From the NCBI GenBank assembly GCA_963801355.1, contig CAWDEM010000008.1:2528001-2592000 (forward strand): 64,000 nucleotides of DNA, written 5' to 3'. This document shows, piece by piece, positions 58,630-64,000 of the stretch. Both the position numbers and the translations under genes were made by a program. The notes under the pieces were generated by a model. The model saw only the letters and a list, made by a program, of their open reading frames with translations. It made no database searches and was not told the origin of the DNA. Position 1 is the stretch's first letter; every line of letters starts with the position of its first letter. Source of the stretch: Ignavibacteriota bacterium. GTDB taxonomy: Bacteria > Bacteroidota > Ignavibacteria > UBA10030 > UBA6906.

Positions 58630-59847
58630 TTAGAGATCCACACCGAACGATGCAAAGTATCCCCCGACAGCTTTCATCATTTCCTGGTACGACTGACGCA
58701 CATCGGAGTCCGTTGCCTTTGCCGAACGCATCTTCTCAATGAGACGGGTTCCCTCCTTTACCAGAAGGGCATCCACAGCTCTCAATTTCTGCAGCGTGCC
58801 TGTCCCCTCACGGTTCATCACTTTCCCGAAGTCCAGATACGACTTTCCCTCGGGCACCTTCAGGGGAAAACAGCGGTCTTTGAGTCTGAGAGATGCGTCA
58901 TTCAACGCGGCGGAACGGTGGTGCCCGGCAAAAAGCTGCGGGGGGATCTGATCGGCATACTTCACCCACACGGGAAGCACCGGCGTTGTCAGGGGCGACC
59001 CGAGTACCGTCCAGAGCGTCGTGAGCGAGGCAGGTTCTCCCTGTGCCACCCCCTGGATGATCATGGAGGCGGTCGTAGAATACCGTACGATGAAGTCGGC
59101 GAAGCTCACAATGGAAGGAGTCACGCCCGATTCCGGAAGCGGCCCCCGCGCCAGATCCACTCCGGTGAGAGAATGGCGGAGACACGTGGTGGCTTCGTTC
59201 AGGATGAAATTCACGGACAGGCCTTCCCCCAGGAACCCCCACTGGAAGAGATCGGTCTCCGTCTGGTACCGGATGTATCCCTGACCCCTCTCGGGAGTTC
59301 CGGAGGCCGAAAAGTTGGTGCGCAGCAGATAGCCGTGAGGAGCGACCGTCGGATCGTTCGCATCGTACTTTGTAAAGGAATACGGATCGGTTTCATAGAA
59401 CGCAGCGCCACCCTTTGCATCCACCACCCCGAAGTTCGCTTCGACACCCCGCGTCCCTTTCGTCGCCTGAAGCAGTGCTTCGAAATCGGCGAGCGTACTA
59501 CAGACCGCGAGCGCTCTCTTCATCAGGATCCCCTCTTCATCCATCTTCCCTTTGTACTGTGGATACACAAGATTATATGAAGCGGTATTGATGATGGAGA
59601 AACCCACGGCATTGCTGCCCATGAACATCTCAGCGTTCGCGGAGTCATCCGCATTGTGCACCCCGAGAAAAGCGTACGTGCCGCCGGTATGATAGACAAG
59701 CTTGTTTTCAAGTGTCCCGGTGTCCCGCTGCTTCCACAGGATGGGCCGGCCGTCACGGGTGGCCCTGCCGGAGATGACGGCCGATGTGCAGGCAAAGAGA
59801 TGGGACGAGATGAGCAACGCACTGCAGAGGAAGATGAGACAGCGCAT
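58630..59847 (-). CDS. Exported Ntn-hydrolase (C45/C69-like cysteine peptidase/acylase)
   Basis: Signal peptide then CTSAVISG; DGRPILWKQRD, N..GF.I.N and LRTNFS motifs. Confidence 0.78.
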   Translation of the reverse strand: MRCLIFLCSALLISSHLFACTSAVISGRATRDGRPILWKQRDTGTLENKLVYHTGGTYAFLGVHNADDSANAEMFMGSNAVGFSIINTASYNLVYPQYKGKMDEEGILMKRALAVCSTLADFEALLQATKGTRGVEANFGVVDAKGGAAFYETDPYSFTKYDANDPTVAPHGYLLRTNFSASGTPERGQGYIRYQTETDLFQWGFLGEGLSVNFILNEATTCLRHSLTGVDLARGPLPESGVTPSIVSFADFIVRYSTTASMIIQGVAQGEPASLTTLWTVLGSPLTTPVLPVWVKYADQIPPQLFAGHHRSAALNDASLRLKDRCFPLKVPEGKSYLDFGKVMNREGTGTLQKLRAVDALLVKEGTRLIEKMRSAKATDSDVRQSYQEMMKAVGGYFASFGVDL

Positions 59848-59952
59848 ACAGGTACCCTCATGTCAGAACGCGAATGGGAGATGCAATAATGCACGGTGTG
59901 CCAGTGAAGTTACGAGGATTTGCTATGGAAGGCAAGCAGGCGCAGGGTGACT

Positions 59953-61437
59953 TCAGTGCATCAAGGGCATCACCCTGTACACCGGGTATTCTCCATGTAC
60001 GGCACGCAGCCATGCAAACGCCGGATATTGCGCGATCCCCCAGAGGGATGACGGTTCAAGCGCACTGACAATCAGTGTCGACCTGAACTGGCGCACGGGA
60101 ACAAGGACATCTCCCGCGGTGCATTGGATGCGAATTCTCCGCGGCTCGGGCTGCGCAACGTATGCGGTTTCACCCTCCATCATCACCGGGCTGAACCGCA
60201 CATCGGCGTACGCTTCCACCTCCAGGACAGTGTCACGATCCAGCGGCCGGGTCCGGACACCGTGCCGCGCAAGGAGATCCAGGATCATCGTTTGGTCACG
60301 TGCAATGCGATAGGCCACCGGCCGCGTGACTTCAAACAGCGTGCGTACGACCGGCGTGTACGGCAGAAGGATCGTGGAATCTCTCCCGCCGGGATGTGTG
60401 GTAACAGGCATCGTAAGGAGCGATCCGTCCGGGAAGTGATTCATCTGCATGGCCACGGGACCCACAGCATGCGGCAGGCGCCGGCGTTCGGTGGCGACGA
60501 GAGCGGAAATCTCATCGACATGTTCGGCGACAAATGTAAGGTACGTACGAATCGCGGACAGCTGACCCCGGGTTCTCCGACGGAGGTCGTCGTTTATGTC
60601 CCGGCCGTTCCGACCTTCGAGGATGAGCGAAAACGAATGGAGAATCGCCAGACTCTGACGTCCGTCGTTGATGTCCGTTGTGCTGTGACGGACCGTGTCG
60701 CGCGGGCCGCCACCGATGCTGTAATTGAAAAAGCGAATACCGGCATCCCGTAACCGGCGTTCGAGAAACGGGAAGAGCTTCTCTTGCCCCAGCGCAATAA
60801 GCGAGGGGGCAACATTCATGTTCGTCGGCAATCCGAACTGCTCGTCCAGGGCCCGCACGTATCCTGCCTTCTGCCAGTCCTCTCCGGACGGACCGAACTC
60901 ATGCACATCCAGAGTTGCTTCGGGCATCCAGCGGTCGTAGACATCGTGCACTGCGCGGGTTTCCGGCTGAAACAGGAGGAGGTGATCACGGTTGAGATCC
61001 GCACCGGCACCGTTGCGGCGTGTGCCAGCTTCGTTGCCGTCCGGGTTGACCGATGGGATGAGCAGGATGTCCATCGCGGCGAGCAAGTTGTCCAGATCCC
61101 CCCTGACGGCCTGGGCAATCAGCATGAGGGCGGCTTCCTTGCCAGAAGGTTCGTTCCCGTGCTGCTGACAGAAGACGAACGCGCGGAGCCGTTGCTTTGC
61201 CATGACATCGCGCGACAGCATGACCAACGGAATTTCCCTGCCCTGCGTCGTCATACCAATCGTGGTGACGGAGACACGTGGTGACAGGCTGTCGGCCATC
61301 CGGACAAACGTGAGCAGTTCCTCGTGCGACGTGACTCGCACGTAGCCGTGTGCGTCGATGGGTGCGACCACGTGATCTGCTGCACCTGCACCGGTCGTAC
61401 ACAGCATCATACACAGAAAGGCGACTGGGGATTTCAT
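59953..61437 (-). CDS. Exported M14 zinc carboxypeptidase
   Basis: QHGNEPSG, NPDG, RRN...DLNRD and LDVHE motifs. Confidence 0.85.
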   Translation of the reverse strand: MKSPVAFLCMMLCTTGAGAADHVVAPIDAHGYVRVTSHEELLTFVRMADSLSPRVSVTTIGMTTQGREIPLVMLSRDVMAKQRLRAFVFCQQHGNEPSGKEAALMLIAQAVRGDLDNLLAAMDILLIPSVNPDGNEAGTRRNGAGADLNRDHLLLFQPETRAVHDVYDRWMPEATLDVHEFGPSGEDWQKAGYVRALDEQFGLPTNMNVAPSLIALGQEKLFPFLERRLRDAGIRFFNYSIGGGPRDTVRHSTTDINDGRQSLAILHSFSLILEGRNGRDINDDLRRRTRGQLSAIRTYLTFVAEHVDEISALVATERRRLPHAVGPVAMQMNHFPDGSLLTMPVTTHPGGRDSTILLPYTPVVRTLFEVTRPVAYRIARDQTMILDLLARHGVRTRPLDRDTVLEVEAYADVRFSPVMMEGETAYVAQPEPRRIRIQCTAGDVLVPVRQFRSTLIVSALEPSSLWGIAQYPAFAWLRAVHGEYPVYRVMPLMH

Positions 61438-61464
61438 GTCCGTTTGACTTTGTGGGGTTATCGA

Positions 61465-62310
61465 TCAGTGGCGCAGCAGCGTTCCGGCAAATCGCTCAAG
61501 CCGTTCTGACGGAAGATCGGCGGCGATGACCATGAACGCATTCTTCTCACATGTCCGGATGTATTGCCATCCCGGGTTTCGCCGGGAAACGATGCGGCGT
61601 CCTAATGCCGAGGCTGACTCCGCGGAGGCGCAGAGAATCCACCCGATGGTGGCGGGGGATCCCTCGAGGTCCCACGGCACGATGGTGATCGATTGATACC
61701 CGTCGCCCTCCAGCGCGTCGGCCCAATCGGGGAATGCATTCTGCAGTCCCAGCGTGCCGTACACCAGCGCGGCCTTCCGCTGCCACACATGGACGTCGGG
61801 GCCGGAGGAAAACCAGGGAAGCACAACACTTCCTGAGGGGGGGAGGAGATCGAGGAATCGCAGTGCGACCGCCTTTGTGATGCCGTCCCCGGGGGATCCG
61901 CCCGTCAGCCTCTGCACACGGAGGAAGTAGCGTCCTGTCGCAGTGAGCACCTGACCCGGGGTATAACACCAGTACTGCCGGGAGGCGTCATCACCCGCAC
62001 AATCGCCGCGGAAGGCACTGAAAATGCCGAACGCCGCCAGTGAATCACGCATGCGGTAAAGCTCTGCAACCAGCTCGTGTCCCTCGATCTGCATTTCCTG
62101 CACCGTCTCATCCACAAAGCCGTACTCGCGGTAGAGTTCTGCGCCACCGTCGATGTAGCCGTACAGGGCTTTCCCGTCAAAATGGCCCGTCCGTGTGATC
62201 TCCAACCCGGGCAGGTCTCCGGACCGGAGTGATGGAGTATCGACGGTCTGGGCACTTGCACAGAATGTTCCGCAATACACGAGGAGAACACATCGAGGCA
62301 TCTTCATCAT
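61465..62310 (-). CDS. DUF6599-like exported protein
   Basis: LYGYIDGGAELYREYGF and AFGIFS motifs. Confidence 0.65.
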   Translation of the reverse strand: MMKMPRCVLLVYCGTFCASAQTVDTPSLRSGDLPGLEITRTGHFDGKALYGYIDGGAELYREYGFVDETVQEMQIEGHELVAELYRMRDSLAAFGIFSAFRGDCAGDDASRQYWCYTPGQVLTATGRYFLRVQRLTGGSPGDGITKAVALRFLDLLPPSGSVVLPWFSSGPDVHVWQRKAALVYGTLGLQNAFPDWADALEGDGYQSITIVPWDLEGSPATIGWILCASAESASALGRRIVSRRNPGWQYIRTCEKNAFMVIAADLPSERLERFAGTLLRH

Positions 62311-63482
62311 AGAGAAATCCGCTCCCGCGTGATTCTGGAGAGATCGGCAACCCCGAGATGCATTTCTTGAGCCAGATCCAGGAAACGCCGGCCTTTGGCG
62401 GATTCTTCCTTTTGAATCTTCTCGGCGAGCCTTTTCTTGAGGATGATGTCATAGCCGACCCGGTCAACGGCAACAGGATCGGTTCCCACGAGGAGAGTAT
62501 TGAAGTTGCAGATGTATTGCGGATCCGCCGCCGGTCCGCCCTGATAGCACCCACGAATGCCATCGACGATATTCAGCACGACCTTGTCACGCAGGGGCGG
62601 AAAGGCCGGCACCTCAGCGCATGTTTCCGCCCAGAGCTGCTTGTGCAACCGTCCGGTATTGGTGATCGCCCCGTACGCCAGGTTCTTGAGGCAGAGCGTG
62701 ACGGATGAGCCGGCATTTTTCAGAATGGGAACGTTGATGATACAATCAACATCCTTTGTGCAGATCCGGCTGAAATAGGAATACTTCCCTTCGTTGATCA
62801 TATACGGAAGAGTCTCCGCGTCGTATTTCTCTTCAACGTCAGCCCAGTAGTACCATTCCTTGTCGATCATTTTCTCTCCGTACTGGCGTCCCTCGGCATC
62901 GTAGAAGGATCCCTTGCCGTCTTTCTGCTCTGTACCGGCAAGCGTAATGCCGGGGAATGTTTCTGCGGTGAACCCCACCTCGGTCATCTCAAACGCGCGG
63001 CGATCCCAGAGAACGATATTCTTCCGAGGAATGCCTGCAGCTTCCAGTTGACGGATGATGACGTGTACGAGTTCCTGACTCGTGGAGAGAAGCTTCCCGG
63101 CGACGGGATTGATCTTGATGCCGACGACCTCGGCAGGCTTGACGAACACGCGCCAGGCGTCAGTGGCCGAAGAGGCTCCTGTCAGGGTGACCATGCCTTT
63201 CGCGAGCATCTTCTGCAGGAAATCGGCATCGATTGTTGCGCCGGCGATGGCTCTCTCATCGGAGAGTTCCACGACACGGCCGGGAAAAGCCCCGGGCATC
63301 GAGCGGGAGGTGCGGGGATAGCCGAGCGCGTCCTTCCCGTTCGTCGCGGGCTTCGCAACTGCTTCCTGTGCCATTGCAGGCCGTGAAGTCAGCGGAACCC
63401 ACGCCGCCGCGACACTTCCCAGTGCGGCAAGCTTCACAAAATCTCGTCTGCTCAGTTCAGTCGTTCCATCGCGACGGGTCAT
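62307..63482 (-). CDS. DUF362-domain protein with Tat signal
   Basis: SRRDFVK twin-arginine motif; VGIKIN, INVPILK, LCLKN and DPVAVD motifs. Confidence 0.82.
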   Translation of the reverse strand: MTRRDGTTELSRRDFVKLAALGSVAAAWVPLTSRPAMAQEAVAKPATNGKDALGYPRTSRSMPGAFPGRVVELSDERAIAGATIDADFLQKMLAKGMVTLTGASSATDAWRVFVKPAEVVGIKINPVAGKLLSTSQELVHVIIRQLEAAGIPRKNIVLWDRRAFEMTEVGFTAETFPGITLAGTEQKDGKGSFYDAEGRQYGEKMIDKEWYYWADVEEKYDAETLPYMINEGKYSYFSRICTKDVDCIINVPILKNAGSSVTLCLKNLAYGAITNTGRLHKQLWAETCAEVPAFPPLRDKVVLNIVDGIRGCYQGGPAADPQYICNFNTLLVGTDPVAVDRVGYDIILKKRLAEKIQKEESAKGRRFLDLAQEMHLGVADLSRITRERISL

Positions 63483-63618
63483 GGGTACACCTTTCGCTGT
63501 GAGATGTGAGAACCCGCGATTATCAGGTGTATTTTATGAAAGATTTTTCCTATACTCAAATGGCGGGGATGCATCTGAACACGTCCGGTCAACGGAGAAG
63601 TGACAACGAGAGAGAGCT

Positions 63619-64000
63619 ATGAAACGACGGGATTTCTTGCGGAGTGCCGGCGCCGGCGCGGTTGTAGGGACACTTTTCACCCACGGGTTTGATCCACTTT
63701 TTGCAGCCCCATCTCCTCATGCTGTGTGGGTGGAAAATGGTGAACCTGCCCAGCTCTTGACCGCGGCACTCAAGGAAATGGGAGGTGTAGGCACCTTCAT
63801 TTCACGGGGTGATGTGGTCGTGGTGAAACCTAATGTGGGTTGGGACCGTGCACCGCAGTTCGCGGCCACCACCAACCCTGATCTTGTCGCTGCCATCGTC
63901 CGGGAATGCATGAATGCAGGCGCAAAGACGGTAAAAGTGTTCGACCGCACCTGCAACAACCCTCTCCGCTGCTATACAAACTCTCAGATCGAGGAGAAAG
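63619..64000 (+). CDS. DUF362-domain protein with Tat signal, 3'-truncated by window edge (not in ORF track)
   Basis: Own translation: MKRRDFLRSAGAG...MGGVGTFISRGDVVVVKPNVGWDRAPQFAATTNPDLV...VFDRTCN. Confidence 0.85.
   Translation, partial: MKRRDFLRSAGAGAVVGTLFTHGFDPLFAAPSPHAVWVENGEPAQLLTAALKEMGGVGTFISRGDVVVVKPNVGWDRAPQFAATTNPDLVAAIVRECMNAGAKTVKVFDRTCNNPLRCYTNSQIEEK

Overview
GC-rich (~60%) bacterial DNA, most likely from an FCB-group organism such as Ignavibacteria. This is inferred from type A T9SS C-terminal domains of the 'NYPNPFNP...G.Y.YRL' style combined with AGGAGG Shine-Dalgarno sites and sigma70-like promoters. About 45 kb (1-45.5 kb) is a Wzx/Wzy/Wzc-type surface polysaccharide locus in two convergent arms. 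The + arm (1-8.2 kb) has an oxidoreductase, a membrane protein, a GT4 and an epimerase/C-methyltransferase/RfbF/PIG-L cassette. The - arm (45.5 to 8.2 kb) has wzc, an SLBB protein, a wzy-like gene, GTs, an AlgD-like dehydrogenase, GNAT + deacetylase, DegT, priming transferase, Gfo/Idh/MocA, acetyltransferase, amidotransferase, wzx, methyltransferases and a GT-C-like protein. Four large T9SS cargo genes sit inside the - arm; they have unrelated or lectin-like heads on a shared FN3 stalk rich in D-(S/T)-x sequons. A 3186-aa repeat T9SS protein lies just upstream. Main hypothesis: a polysaccharide + secreted matrix protein system that also encodes family-level equivalents of the Wbp/Vim linking-sugar pathway and may be co-regulated through CRP-like boxes. 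The last 7 kb hold an EamA transporter, a degenerate LMW-PTP fusion, two exported peptidases, DUF6599 and two divergent Tat-exported DUF362 genes. No rRNA, tRNA, CRISPR or mobile element was seen. All family calls are by-eye motif recognition; no database searches were run.
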